From the NCBI GenBank assembly GCA_963664405.1, contig OY761158.1:2080001-2144000 (forward strand): 64,000 nucleotides of DNA. The letters run 5' to 3'. Positions 9,616 through 19,563 of the stretch are shown here, in pieces; the stretch's first letter is position 1, and the number at the start of each line of letters is the position of its first letter. The translations under genes and the position numbers were made by a program. The DNA comes from Thermoanaerobaculia bacterium. GTDB taxonomy: Bacteria > Acidobacteriota > Thermoanaerobaculia > Multivoradales > Multivoraceae. Under the pieces are notes generated by a model. The model was not told where the DNA came from. It was given only the letters and a program-made list of their open reading frames with translations, and searched no databases.

Positions 9616-10625
9616 AGCGCCGGATCGCTAACGCTGCGCTGCCGGCACTGGTTCTCAGCCTGTGCGCCGCTGTCGAGGCCGACGACAGCCGGCCGCTCCT
9701 CATCGAAGTCACCGAGACCTACCAAGATACCTTCCGGGTCCAATTGACAGCGCCTCCTCGGGTGGCGATGTTCGGTACGCCCGTTGTTGTCATGCCCGAG
9801 CACTGCCAGGGAGCGGTAGGAGCGGCAGGCGAAGCTCCCCGGGGGCAAGGCCGGCGTTACTATCACTGCGTCGACGGCCTCTCGGGTCAGACTCTGGAGA
9901 TCGAGTTTCCGGGAGCTCGGTCCGCGGCGGCCACCGTCATCCGATTCAGTCGCGAGAACGGCGAAACGCTGACGGCGGTGCTCGATCCGGACGAAACGCA
10001 ATGGATCGTCCCGGACGCCCAAACACCAATGCGCGTTGCCGGCAGCTACGTGCGTTTCGGCATCGCCCACATCTGGGTCGGCTACGACCACCTCCTCTTT
10101 CTGCTCTGTCTACTCTGGATCGCGGGTCGTTGGCGGCGGATCGTCGCTACGGTTACCGGCTTCACCCTGGCGCACTCGCTGACCTTGGCTCTGGCCGCCC
10201 TGGATGTGGTCCGACTGCCGGTGCCGGTGGTAGAAGCTGTGATCGCCCTCAGCGTTCTCTTTCTCGCCATCGAGGTCGCCAAGGGGCGCCGCGCGAACCT
10301 GACCTGGCGCTACCCGATCGCGGTGTCGAGCTCGTTCGGGCTCCTTCACGGACTGGGCTTTGCGGCCGTCTTGATGGAGATAGGCCTGCCCCAAACGCAG
10401 GTGGTGACCGGCCTCCTTTTCTTCAATGTCGGCGTCGAGATCGGGCAGCTGGCCTTCGCCGCGCTGGTCCTAGCCGGCCTGTGGATGCTGAGACGGTTTG
10501 CTACCCAATGGATGACGGCATCCCACTTCGACGATCGGATGCAGACCGCCATGGGCTACAGCGTCGGCTGCGTCGCCGCCTACTGGCTGTTCCAGCGCGC
10601 GATGCCGCTGATCGGCGCGGCGTGA
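9612..10625 (+). CDS. HupE/UreJ family membrane protein
   Basis: GIAHIWVGYDHLLFL, GFTLAHSLTL, FGLLHGLGFA, FNVGVEIGQ. ATGA overlap with the PPIase gene. Confidence 0.88.
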   Translation: MKRRIANAALPALVLSLCAAVEADDSRPLLIEVTETYQDTFRVQLTAPPRVAMFGTPVVVMPEHCQGAVGAAGEAPRGQGRRYYHCVDGLSGQTLEIEFPGARSAAATVIRFSRENGETLTAVLDPDETQWIVPDAQTPMRVAGSYVRFGIAHIWVGYDHLLFLLCLLWIAGRWRRIVATVTGFTLAHSLTLALAALDVVRLPVPVVEAVIALSVLFLAIEVAKGRRANLTWRYPIAVSSSFGLLHGLGFAAVLMEIGLPQTQVVTGLLFFNVGVEIGQLAFAALVLAGLWMLRRFATQWMTASHFDDRMQTAMGYSVGCVAAYWLFQRAMPLIGAA

Positions 10626-10628
10626 CGA

Positions 10629-12503
10629 CTATTCGGGCGTGTACCAGATCGGCGAGCTGTATGCCCGCTCCTGGGTGATCATCGGAATACCGTCGGGAAT
10701 GTCGGTGACCCCGTAGAACTTGGCGTCGTAGGCGGTCCAGCGCGGGGTCGGGATCTCGAGAACGCGCAGGTAGTAGAAGGCGTGCTCCTCCGGCTTGAAG
10801 TCGGGGTCCCGCCAAACGACGGCGAGCTCCGGATCACCGATACTGTTCAAGTAGGTCGCTTCGGCAACGTCGACCGTGTTGCCGACAGGCTCCACCTTGC
10901 CGTCGCGAGCGACCGCGCGCCCGTCCGAAAGGGCGACGTCGAAGATCTTCTCGTGCAGCTCGCCGCCGCCCGAGCGCCACCCCTTGATCACCTGGACCCG
11001 GTCGAGGTGTGCCCCATCCGGATCCTTCACCGCACGGATCAGAAAACTGGGGCTCTGCCCCCGCGGCGCCTGCGCCAGATCGCCGCCCATCGGCACGCCC
11101 TTCTCGTAGCCCACGCTCGCCGGGTCTCGCCGGTCGGCGTCCGCGGGCACGAAGTCCCAGCCGCCGAAAAAGCGTACCGTCATGCGGGGTCCCGTCGTTG
11201 CGTACGCTTCTCGACGCCGCATCGCATCGAAGATAGCCTCGCGGGTGTTCTCGGTCGCCCACACCGCCGCATAGCCGGATGCAGCCATCTCCCAATTGGT
11301 CGTCGGCCTCGAATTGGATAGCCGCCGCGCGCTCGGTTCACCGGGTGCCACCTTGCCGAAGAAATTGTCTTCGTCGACCGCGGCCAGCGAGGTGTGCGAG
11401 TCCGAGCTGCCGATCATGCCGTACTTGAACGGATTCGCGCCCTTTTCCGCCTGCTCCGCGAGACCGAGCTTGAGTGCCGAGCGAGCATACTCGTACTGGA
11501 TCTTCTCGTTCGCCCGCGCGGGTGGCCGGACACCGTCAGCACCCAGCCTGTTGCCTCTCGTCCCGCCCCAGCCATTCCAGGTCTCGTAGTCGGCAAACTC
11601 GTCGGTGGGTGATAAGTAGGGATGGGTCTCGCTGTCACCTTTGATCTGAGTCGCTTCGAGTAGGGGCTCCCACCGCGAGCGTAGCCGTGAATAGGCAGCG
11701 GTCAGCGGCTGACCGTAGGAGTCCTCCAATCGGAACATATTGCCGCTGGTCAGATTGCCGTTGTGGGGAATCGCAAGAATCGACCCCTTGGTCTCGGCCT
11801 CATACTTCACCAGGTAGGCCCAGAGCTCTTCTTCTCTTCTGCTGTCGAAAGAGCTGAAAGGCAGCACTCGATTCGCTGTCGCGGCATCGTCGCGAAAGAT
11901 GACGACCCGGTGGTCGGAATCGCCGAGAGGCGTCCACTCGTAGCCGATGAAGGCGGTGAAAACACCGGGCTCGTTGTAGCGGTCGGCGTTACCGGTGATC
12001 TGATGCCAAACCGATCGGCGGAAAGCTTCGTCTCGAACCGAGATCTGCCAGGGTCGATGGGCCGGAAGCAGCGAGCCACTCTCGAGAGCCTGTTGATCGA
12101 TATCGTCACGCTGCTCGAGATCGGCGAGTGCTCGCTGCCACGACCGCCCGATCTCGGTCTCTCGGAATGCCGGGTCTTCCAGGTAGAAGTGACGCGAATA
12201 GGCAGCGCCGACGTTATTGGCATGGTCCGCGACAACGATGAAATCGAGCGGCCGGCGCAGCTTCGCTGGCAGCCCGGTGTTGCTCGTGACCTCTTCACCA
12301 CGGGCAAAGCGGTAAGCCTCGTCAGGACCCAGACGCGTACCTCCGGCCATCGCATCCCCGGAGAGAGCGGTATGCAGATGGGTGTCGCCCCAGTAGACGC
12401 GGTCGGGGTAGGTGCGCGAGACCTCGGGTGAATAGGACTCCTGCGCCTCACTCGGGCTCTGCCACGACATCCCAAGAATGCAGACCACCATCAATCGCAA
12501 CAT
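10629..12503 (-). CDS. DUF3604 domain protein (PHP-like secreted metallohydrolase)
   Basis: YWGDTHLHT, VADHA, IGYEWT, IPHNGN, KGDSETHP, GSSDSH, YATTGPR, QERAYSSPIWY. AGAGGAG RBS precedes ATG 12503. Confidence 0.88.
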   Translation of the reverse strand: MLRLMVVCILGMSWQSPSEAQESYSPEVSRTYPDRVYWGDTHLHTALSGDAMAGGTRLGPDEAYRFARGEEVTSNTGLPAKLRRPLDFIVVADHANNVGAAYSRHFYLEDPAFRETEIGRSWQRALADLEQRDDIDQQALESGSLLPAHRPWQISVRDEAFRRSVWHQITGNADRYNEPGVFTAFIGYEWTPLGDSDHRVVIFRDDAATANRVLPFSSFDSRREEELWAYLVKYEAETKGSILAIPHNGNLTSGNMFRLEDSYGQPLTAAYSRLRSRWEPLLEATQIKGDSETHPYLSPTDEFADYETWNGWGGTRGNRLGADGVRPPARANEKIQYEYARSALKLGLAEQAEKGANPFKYGMIGSSDSHTSLAAVDEDNFFGKVAPGEPSARRLSNSRPTTNWEMAASGYAAVWATENTREAIFDAMRRREAYATTGPRMTVRFFGGWDFVPADADRRDPASVGYEKGVPMGGDLAQAPRGQSPSFLIRAVKDPDGAHLDRVQVIKGWRSGGGELHEKIFDVALSDGRAVARDGKVEPVGNTVDVAEATYLNSIGDPELAVVWRDPDFKPEEHAFYYLRVLEIPTPRWTAYDAKFYGVTDIPDGIPMITQERAYSSPIWYTPE

Positions 12504-12637
12504 CACCAAAAGACTCCTCTCCCAACCGCCGGGGAAGCTTACATGAAGAGGCCGCCTCTTCGAGCGGTTGACTGTCGCCTCGGCGATGAGCCAGCATGGC
12601 GCTCCGAACCAAGACAAACCGAGAAAGGAAGCAGCGA

Positions 12638-13024
12638 ATGGGATTCACCGGTGTAGATCATATTGTCGTCCGTGTCCGCGATTTCGACGAGGGCGTCGCC
12701 ACCTACCGCGATGGATTGGGACTGGAGCTCGACCATACCGACGAGCACGAGGCGCTCGGCATCAAGCAGGCGTTCTTCAACCTCTCCGACGGCTCCTTTA
12801 TCGAGGTGGTCGCACCGCTCGGCCCCGAGTCCGCGGTCGGGCGCGCCGTGGAAAGCCGCGGCGAGGGGATTCACACAGTGGCGTTGGCCGTGGACAACCT
12901 CGACGAAACTGTCGAACGGCTAAAGGCCGGAGGGGCGCGCCTGATCGGAGAGGGCGGTCCCCAGGTCTTCGTTCATCCCAAATCCGCCCACGGCGTGCTC
13001 CTGCAGCTGAGCCCGAAGAAGTAG
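12638..13024 (+). CDS. VOC/glyoxalase family protein (methylmalonyl-CoA epimerase-like)
   Basis: VDHIVV, IEVVAP, GEGIHTVAL, FVHPKSAHGVLLQL. GAAAGGA RBS. Confidence 0.82.
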   Translation: MGFTGVDHIVVRVRDFDEGVATYRDGLGLELDHTDEHEALGIKQAFFNLSDGSFIEVVAPLGPESAVGRAVESRGEGIHTVALAVDNLDETVERLKAGGARLIGEGGPQVFVHPKSAHGVLLQLSPKK

Positions 13025-13049
13025 AGACGCTCGGCAGCGAGGGCTCGGC

Positions 13050-13529
13050 GTGAAGGCGAACAACGCACGATCCTGGAAGGCCGCCGCGGTGGGCCTAGGC
13101 TTGATCTGCGCGCTCCTAGCGAGCCGCGCGATGTGGGCCTGGTGGCTGTATCTCAACTCGGCGACGACCTCATCTGGGGAGCAGCGCTGGCCTTTCCCAG
13201 GGCTCTATCTGGTCGAGGTCGCGGCACTGGCAGTGGCGGTCCCGCTACTACTCGCGATGGAGGGGCCTCAGCCGGATCGTAAAGGCACCGGCGCTTGGGC
13301 CGCGATCGGCGCTCTTGCGTCGATGGTTCTTATCGGCGGCTTCTCGATCGGGCCGTCACTGCAACTGTCGCTGGCGATCGGAGCACTGGCTGTAGCCGTC
13401 GGCAGCGTTGGCGTGCGGCGGTCCCCGATGAAGTGCCTTCTACCTCTGCTAGGGGGGCTCCTGGCTCAAGCGGCACTGATGCTGCTCGTCCTCTTCACCC
13501 TGCTGGCCACAGGAAGAGCGAGCCGGTAG
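13050..13529 (+). CDS. Hypothetical membrane protein
   Basis: About five hydrophobic segments. Fills the gap downstream of the VOC gene. Confidence 0.55.
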   Translation: MKANNARSWKAAAVGLGLICALLASRAMWAWWLYLNSATTSSGEQRWPFPGLYLVEVAALAVAVPLLLAMEGPQPDRKGTGAWAAIGALASMVLIGGFSIGPSLQLSLAIGALAVAVGSVGVRRSPMKCLLPLLGGLLAQAALMLLVLFTLLATGRASR

Positions 13530-13623
13530 CGCAACCTCGCAGGCTGCTAGAAGGGGGGGCTGGCCTCTGCGATAACGACCGCCGAAGCGACTCGACGCGG
13601 CTCAGTTCCTGCCGCGCAGACTC

Positions 13624-14367
13624 CTAGCCCCGTAGGCCGCTCAGGTGGTCGACTTCGTTGAAGTTCTGCAGCGACCAGACGTGACCGTGCGGGCCCATGG
13701 GCCTGGCGCCGCTGACTGAGAAGGATGCAAGCTCGCTCTCGAAGCGGATCCACTCCCACGGCACCGGCCGAATGTCGAGCAGGTGCGTGAGGGCAACGGC
13801 ATTGCTCCCTCCATGCGCAACGATGAGGATCGTGGGGCTCTCCTCTCCTAGATCCCACAGTTTGAAGTCGTCGCTGCGACGCCCGCGAATGCCGTGACGT
13901 CCGAGAATGTCGGCAATCGAGCCGGTGATTCGCGCGTGAAAGTCCATGAAGGGCTCGGCTCCGGGCCAGCCCGCCCAATGTTCTTCGAGAGGACGTTGTG
14001 CCGCCTCCACAAAGTAGCGGTCCACGTCCTCCTGACTCAGACCTCCGAGCGCCACCGCGATCTCCGCCAGCCCATCGATGGTGACGGGCTCGATCCCGGT
14101 CTGCTCGGCGATCGGGATCGCCGTCTCCTGGCATCGACACAAGGGACTCACATAGATCGCGTCGACGCCCTCTGCTGCCAGGCGGGTCGCGGCGGCTTCC
14201 GCCTGGCGCTGGCCGTAGACCGTCAGGCCTGGATCATCGATCGAGAGACCGTCCGCCGCTGTCCAGGCAGGATCTCCATGCCGGAGGAGAATAAGCCGCG
14301 GCTGCGAGGCGGCCCGACCGGCTGCCTCGCGCAGCGCTGCGGGTCCTGGTCCAGGTACTCGTGACAC
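13624..14367 (-). CDS. Histidine phosphatase (phosphoglycerate mutase) family protein
   Basis: LLRHGD, SPLCRCQETA, IVAHGG. Confidence 0.88.
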   Translation of the reverse strand: MSRVPGPGPAALREAAGRAASQPRLILLRHGDPAWTAADGLSIDDPGLTVYGQRQAEAAATRLAAEGVDAIYVSPLCRCQETAIPIAEQTGIEPVTIDGLAEIAVALGGLSQEDVDRYFVEAAQRPLEEHWAGWPGAEPFMDFHARITGSIADILGRHGIRGRRSDDFKLWDLGEESPTILIVAHGGSNAVALTHLLDIRPVPWEWIRFESELASFSVSGARPMGPHGHVWSLQNFNEVDHLSGLRG

Positions 14368-14382
14368 GAGGCGAGAGTCTGC

Positions 14383-14452
14383 CAGCTATCGGAAATGATA
14401 GCTATCATTTCCGATAGCTGAACAACATGGCGCCGAGGACGGCGCATCCGGA
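14383..14452 (-). repeat. Two-hairpin intergenic repeat, copy 1 (contains a perfect 38-bp palindrome at 14383-14420)
   Basis: Minus strand reads GCGCCGTCCTCGGCGCCA...GGAAATGATAGCTATCATTTCC. Shared with the copies at 21370 and 34704. Confidence 0.8.
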
Positions 14453-14490
14453 AGGAGTGATCGCGCCCTCCTAGCACGCTGCGCGTCGCG

Positions 14491-15453
14491 CTAGTAGCTC
14501 AAACGCAGACCCGGCCTGGACCACTCGGTCGATACCAGACGACCGGTTCCCGAGAGCGTGATGTAGGCGGTGCGAAAGTCCGCGCCGCCGAAACAGATGT
14601 TGGTGGTCAGAGGGTCCGGCGCTCGCACATGCTCGACGATGTCGCCCTCGGGGGAGATGACGGTGATGCCCCCGGTGAGCAGGGTGGCGACGCAGATATT
14701 GCCGCCCGCCTCCACCGCCAGCGAGTCAAAAAGATGCTTGCCCGGCGGATCGGCCACCAGCTCGCCGCTGTAGGGAAGGATGGTCTCGTCTTGAATCACC
14801 TCTCCCGGCGACGGGATCGCCCACTTCCACAGCCGCGTGGGATAGGTCTCGGCAACGTAGAGAGCCTTTCCATCCGGCGACAGCCCGATGCCGTTGGGCC
14901 CGTCGAGCGGAAAGATGACCTCACGAATCTCGGAACCGTCGGCCTTGGCGTAGAAAACACCGGTGCGATCGCGGTCTCGCTCTCGGGTCTGCCCGTGATC
15001 GGTGAACCAGAAGCCGCCGTGGGCGTCGAAAACGAGATCGTTGGGTGCCCGCAACGGGCGACCGTCGCACTCGGTGTAGAGATCCTCTACACGGCCGGTG
15101 TCGAGATCCACCCGCTGGATGCGACCCCCGATGTAGTCCTCGGCCTGCAGCCCAGGCACCTCGAGAAGCCCGCCAGGGAACTGGGCGATCGGTAGCTCGC
15201 CCACCTCTATCTTCTCGTAGTGAAAGCCGCCGTTATTACACACGTAGACGCCGCCGTCCGGGCCCAGAGCAGCCCCATTCGGACCTCCTCCACACTCCCC
15301 CACGACCTCGATCCGTCCGTCGGGGGTCACTCGAGAGAGGGTCCCGCGGGCGATCTCGACCAGCAGCACGCTGCCGTCTTCGAGGGCGATAGGTCCCTCC
15401 GGAAAGCCCAGCCCCGAAGTGACCTCATGCAGATCCGCATTCCTAGACAACAA
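14491..15453 (-). CDS. SMP-30/gluconolactonase/LRE family protein
   Basis: FPEGP, GPNGAA, APNDLVFD, GPNGIGLSPDG, FDSLAVE, TTNICFGG. Confidence 0.9.
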   Translation of the reverse strand: MLSRNADLHEVTSGLGFPEGPIALEDGSVLLVEIARGTLSRVTPDGRIEVVGECGGGPNGAALGPDGGVYVCNNGGFHYEKIEVGELPIAQFPGGLLEVPGLQAEDYIGGRIQRVDLDTGRVEDLYTECDGRPLRAPNDLVFDAHGGFWFTDHGQTRERDRDRTGVFYAKADGSEIREVIFPLDGPNGIGLSPDGKALYVAETYPTRLWKWAIPSPGEVIQDETILPYSGELVADPPGKHLFDSLAVEAGGNICVATLLTGGITVISPEGDIVEHVRAPDPLTTNICFGGADFRTAYITLSGTGRLVSTEWSRPGLRLSY

Positions 15454-16951
15454 GTTCGAATACCTCGGTGATGCCGAGCCAAGGCAGCCAGAGCTCGACC
15501 GGCCCCCGATTCACCGGTGTCCACAACGGCTCGCGCATTTCCGACTCCCAGTTTCGATACTCCTCGAGGAGCGCATCGACACGATCCTGATGTTCAACCG
15601 CCACGTCTTCGGCGTCCGCCTCTCCCTTCGACAAGTCGAAGAGATAGGGGGCTCGCTCGTTCACACTCACCAGCTTCCAGGATCCACTGCGAACAGCGAA
15701 GTTCTCGGCGTTACGCCAGAACAGAGAGCGCGAAGGAATGTTCTCCTCGCCGGTGAGCAGAGGCACCAGATCGATGCCGTCGAGGGTGCGATCGCTCGGC
15801 GCCTCCGCGCCGGCCAGCGCCAAAGCCGTAGGAAGAATGTCGAGCGAGCTTACCGGCGTCCGCTCGACCCTACCGGGGCTGATGCGGCCCTGCCAGGAAG
15901 CGAGAAAAGGCACCCGCACTCCGCCCTCGAAGTGGGAGAGCTTTCCACCGGTCAGCGGATCGTTGTAGCAAGCTTTGACGTAGCTCGCACAGCCGTTGTC
16001 GGAGAGGAAGAGCACCAGCGTCCTTTCCTCGAGGCCGGCGCTGCGCAGCTTGCTCATGATCGCGCCGACGCCGTCGTCGAGGGCACTGACCATGGCGGCG
16101 AAGATACGATGGGGATCGTCGGCGATGTCGGGGAACCTGTCGTAATACTCCTGGGTCACTTGTAGGGGCGTATGGGGAGCGTTGTAAGCGACGTAGAGAA
16201 AGAAAGGCTCCTGCTTATGGCGATCGATGAAGTCGACGGCCTCACGAGTGAAGGCATCGGTCAGGTACTCCTCTTCGGCCACCGGCTCCGCACCACGTTG
16301 GATCGGGTTGATCGGGGGACGATGCCGATACTCGTCCGGCCGACGGCCGCCGGCGACCGTGTGTGCCGCCACGGTGTGCACTCCCGGTTGGTCCGCGGGG
16401 TCCATGTAAAGGTTGCCGCCGTGCAAGAAGCCGAAGAACTCGTCGAAGCCGCGGTGCTGGGGTTGAAACTGCGGTTGCGAGCCCAGGTGCCACTTGCCGA
16501 CCATGCCGGTCGCATACCCCGCCTCTCCAAGCAGTGCCGGCAACATGATCTCTTCGGTCGGCGTGCCGAGGCCCGCCTCCTCGGTCCGCTCCATGTCGCC
16601 GGCACCGAACTCGTGCCCGAAGCGCTGCTGGTAACGCCCGGTCAACAACCCGGCCCGTGTCGGGGAGCACAGCGGGGCGCTGACGTAGCCGTCGGTGAAG
16701 CGGATGCCGGAAGCTGCGAGGGTGTCGATGTTCGGCGTTCTCCCACCCTCGCAACTGTAGGCACACACATCGCCGTAACCGAGATCGTCGGCAACGATGA
16801 CGACGATATTGGGCGGTGACTCGGGCTCGGGCAGGGGCTCAGGGGTCGTCTCGCCCGAAGGCGGACCACAACCGGCGAGCAAGGCAAGCGCTACACCGGT
16901 GAGAATGTAGTGAGGGCGGCGATTCCGGAAGTAAGAAAAAATCCTAGTCAT
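15443..16951 (-). CDS. Cys-type (formylglycine) sulfatase, predicted lipoprotein
   Basis: LLAGC lipobox, ADDLGYGD, CSPTRAGLLTGR, GKWHLG, SDNG, EGGVRVP. Confidence 0.92.
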   Translation of the reverse strand: MTRIFSYFRNRRPHYILTGVALALLAGCGPPSGETTPEPLPEPESPPNIVVIVADDLGYGDVCAYSCEGGRTPNIDTLAASGIRFTDGYVSAPLCSPTRAGLLTGRYQQRFGHEFGAGDMERTEEAGLGTPTEEIMLPALLGEAGYATGMVGKWHLGSQPQFQPQHRGFDEFFGFLHGGNLYMDPADQPGVHTVAAHTVAGGRRPDEYRHRPPINPIQRGAEPVAEEEYLTDAFTREAVDFIDRHKQEPFFLYVAYNAPHTPLQVTQEYYDRFPDIADDPHRIFAAMVSALDDGVGAIMSKLRSAGLEERTLVLFLSDNGCASYVKACYNDPLTGGKLSHFEGGVRVPFLASWQGRISPGRVERTPVSSLDILPTALALAGAEAPSDRTLDGIDLVPLLTGEENIPSRSLFWRNAENFAVRSGSWKLVSVNERAPYLFDLSKGEADAEDVAVEHQDRVDALLEEYRNWESEMREPLWTPVNRGPVELWLPWLGITEVFELVV

Positions 16952-18708
16952 GACTGATCCCCATTTCTTCGACTAAGCCCTGGCGCAGGCGATACTTCTC
17001 GACTTTGTTCGTCGGCGTGCGCGGCAGGTCGTCGACAACGCGAACAAATTCGGGCCACATATGACGCGGTAGCTCTTTGTGCGTCCACTCGAGAAAGGAT
17101 GCCGCATCCAAGCTCCGGCCAGGCTTGGCGACCACGAAGGCCGCAACATCTTCTTCGTCTCCCTCTCGCGCGGACACGCCAACTACCGCGCTCATCGCCA
17201 CATCGTCGTGCTCACCGAGGAGAGCCTCGACTTCGTAGGACGAGATGTTCTCGCCCTTTCTACGGATGAAGGAGCCCATGCGATCGACGAAGTAGTAGAG
17301 GCCCTCCGCGTCTCGGATCGCCGCATCTCCAGTGTGGAACCACGAGCGGCGGAAGGCTTCCCGTGTCGCCTCCGGCTGAGCGAAGTACTCCTCCATCAAG
17401 AGATGAGGCAGGCGACCACGGAAGGCGAGCTGACCATACTCCTCGCTGCCGAGCTCCTCGTCGTCCGGCCCGAGAATGGCCGCCTCTACGAAAACGGAGG
17501 GACGCCCCATCAGCCCACGGCGGATCTCTTCCGCTCCGCGGAGCACTGGATAGCCGTGACTGCGAGCGAATCGCCACACCTCTTCTTTCGCCAGCCCCTT
17601 GTACAGACTCGCCGGTGTGCCCTCTTGGTCGCCCATCTCGTCGATGAAGGCGAAGGCCCCGGCTCCCGTCTCGGTCTGTCCATAGGAAGTGGCACAGATA
17701 TCAAAGCCGAAGCGGCGAGCGATGGCATTGTGCCCCTCCGGCAGCGGCACCATATTGACCAGGTGCAAGGTGTTGCAGTGGTCATCGGCTCGCGGTGGCG
17801 CGTTGAGCAAGCGCGGAATCATCACATCGAGGAGCACAGCACCCGTCGCCCCGCGAGAGGCGATACGACGCCAGAAGGCACTCGAGCTGAAGCGGTCCCA
17901 CAGGGCGACCTCGCACCCCACCCAGGCTGCGCGGGCCATGTTCACGATCGCCCCGGCAGCGTGGTAGAGAGGCAAATCGTTGTAGATCACATCTTCCTGG
18001 TTGATCAGGCGTCGCGGGGTATAGATGAATTGATTCATCCAGCGGTGCGACTGCACAACGCCTTTGCTTGGCCCGGTCGTCCCCGAGGTGTAGATGATGT
18101 TGGCGATCGAGCCCGAGTCCAGAGTGCTGGGCGGTGCATCGGCCTCCGCGGCGACTAGATCGGCGAAACTCGCCACCTCCCGACCCCGGGGTGCCAGGGG
18201 CACCCGCTGAGCCGGAATCGAAGTCGTGATCGCTCTGCCGTGGCCGATGCACGACCAAGGACAGCTGGCCCACATCGTCGAGGACATCACCCAGGATCGC
18301 CAACAAGGACTCCTCGGTGATCAACAGCTTGGCCTGAAGGTCACCGAGCTGGTGGGCGAGAAGGCTCCCGCGAAGGTTGAAATTGATCGGGCAATAGGCG
18401 GCTCCGATCCGCCACAGGCCGAACATCGCAATTGAGGTGACGAGCGGATTACGGAGGAAGAGACCAACGCGGTCGCCCTTCCCAACGCCGAGAGAGCGAA
18501 GAGCCCCAGCGATACGGCGGCTGAGCTGATGAAACTCGGCAAAGGAGAGCGACCGATCCTCTTCGCCATAGAAAACGAAGGTTTGCTGCGGACGCGTCGC
18601 CGCCCACCTGTCGAGCCGGTCCACCACCAGCTCACCTTCGCTCAGCAGCTCTCGCTCGAGCGCGGCGAGGTCGCTTCGATCGAGCTCAGGCAAAGACGAC
18701 GTGACCAT
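16944..18708 (-). pseudogene. CaiC-like acyl-CoA ligase split by a single +1 frameshift near 18204
   Basis: N-terminal half (GVGKGDRVGL) lies in ORF 17782-18708 and C-terminal half (YTSGTTGPSKG, YGQTE, WFHTGD) in ORF 16944-18290. Removing one G joins them. Confidence 0.82.
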
Positions 18709-19519
18709 GGCTGAGCACCGAACCGCTGTCGGTCGACACCTGGAATAGATAGCTCTTCTCGCTCTCGGCCCAGGCTTCGACCGTAAGCGTGTCCCCAGGA
18801 TAAATCGTGGCTGCGTATCTGGTTTCGATCTCGCTCAGACGGCTCGGTTCCCCATTACATAGATCTTGAACGAGGATCCGAGTGGCGTAGCCCAGAGTGC
18901 AGGGGCCATGCAAGATGGGCCGATCGAAGCCGCGACTGCGCGCAAAGGCGGGGTCGATGTGCACAGGGTCGTCGACTCCGTTGAGCTGATAGAGGGCCGC
19001 CTGGTTTTCGGGAATGGGACAAGAAACGCGCAGCTCCGGAGCGCGATCCGGCGGCCGCCGGCCGGGGGACCGCGGCCCGCTTGCCCCGCCGTACCCCCCC
19101 GAGCCGAGCATGGCCGAAGAGCTATTGAGATCGAAAACCAGCCGCCCCTCCTCGTCATGGCCCTGCACGTGCGTCACCATCAGCGCGAAGCTACCCTTGT
19201 CGAAGATGTCCGCGATCTCAGCCGATACCAGAAGACGGCCGGGCACTTGGAGAGGGCGATGAAGAACGAGCCTCTCACCGGCCGCGACACGGTGGTAGTC
19301 CTCGACGAGGTCGGTGAACTGGTCGCCGAGTGCATTCATCGCCACGAAACAGAAACTGGGAAGGACGCGCAACCCTCCTGGCGCCTTCTCCCACACCAGC
19401 GCCAGGTCGCCGGATTCGGCTCCGACACTCAAGGCATAGAGAGCAACCTCACGCGGTCCGTACTCGAAGGAGACGGGCTCCGCTTTGCGGCCGATGAGTG
19501 CCAGGTCGGCTTTGGGCAC
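18686..19519 (-). CDS. Double-hotdog MaoC / hydratase-2-like protein with atypical active-site motif
   Basis: LYALSVGA, DIFDKG, LYQLNGVDDPVHIDP, FDRPILHGPCT. GTG start assumed at 19519. Confidence 0.82.
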   Translation of the reverse strand: MPKADLALIGRKAEPVSFEYGPREVALYALSVGAESGDLALVWEKAPGGLRVLPSFCFVAMNALGDQFTDLVEDYHRVAAGERLVLHRPLQVPGRLLVSAEIADIFDKGSFALMVTHVQGHDEEGRLVFDLNSSSAMLGSGGYGGASGPRSPGRRPPDRAPELRVSCPIPENQAALYQLNGVDDPVHIDPAFARSRGFDRPILHGPCTLGYATRILVQDLCNGEPSRLSEIETRYAATIYPGDTLTVEAWAESEKSYLFQVSTDSGSVLSHGHVVFA

Positions 19520-19563
19520 CTGGCGCCCGGGCTCACTCGAGCCCCCCGCAGGCGTCGTCAAGC

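Noticed and set aside
10629-12617. Longest-ORF starts for DUF3604, both MaoC genes, the TonB receptor, 23087 and 58443
   Set aside because: They overlap neighbours or lack an RBS. Downstream starts with an RBS or signal peptide were chosen instead.
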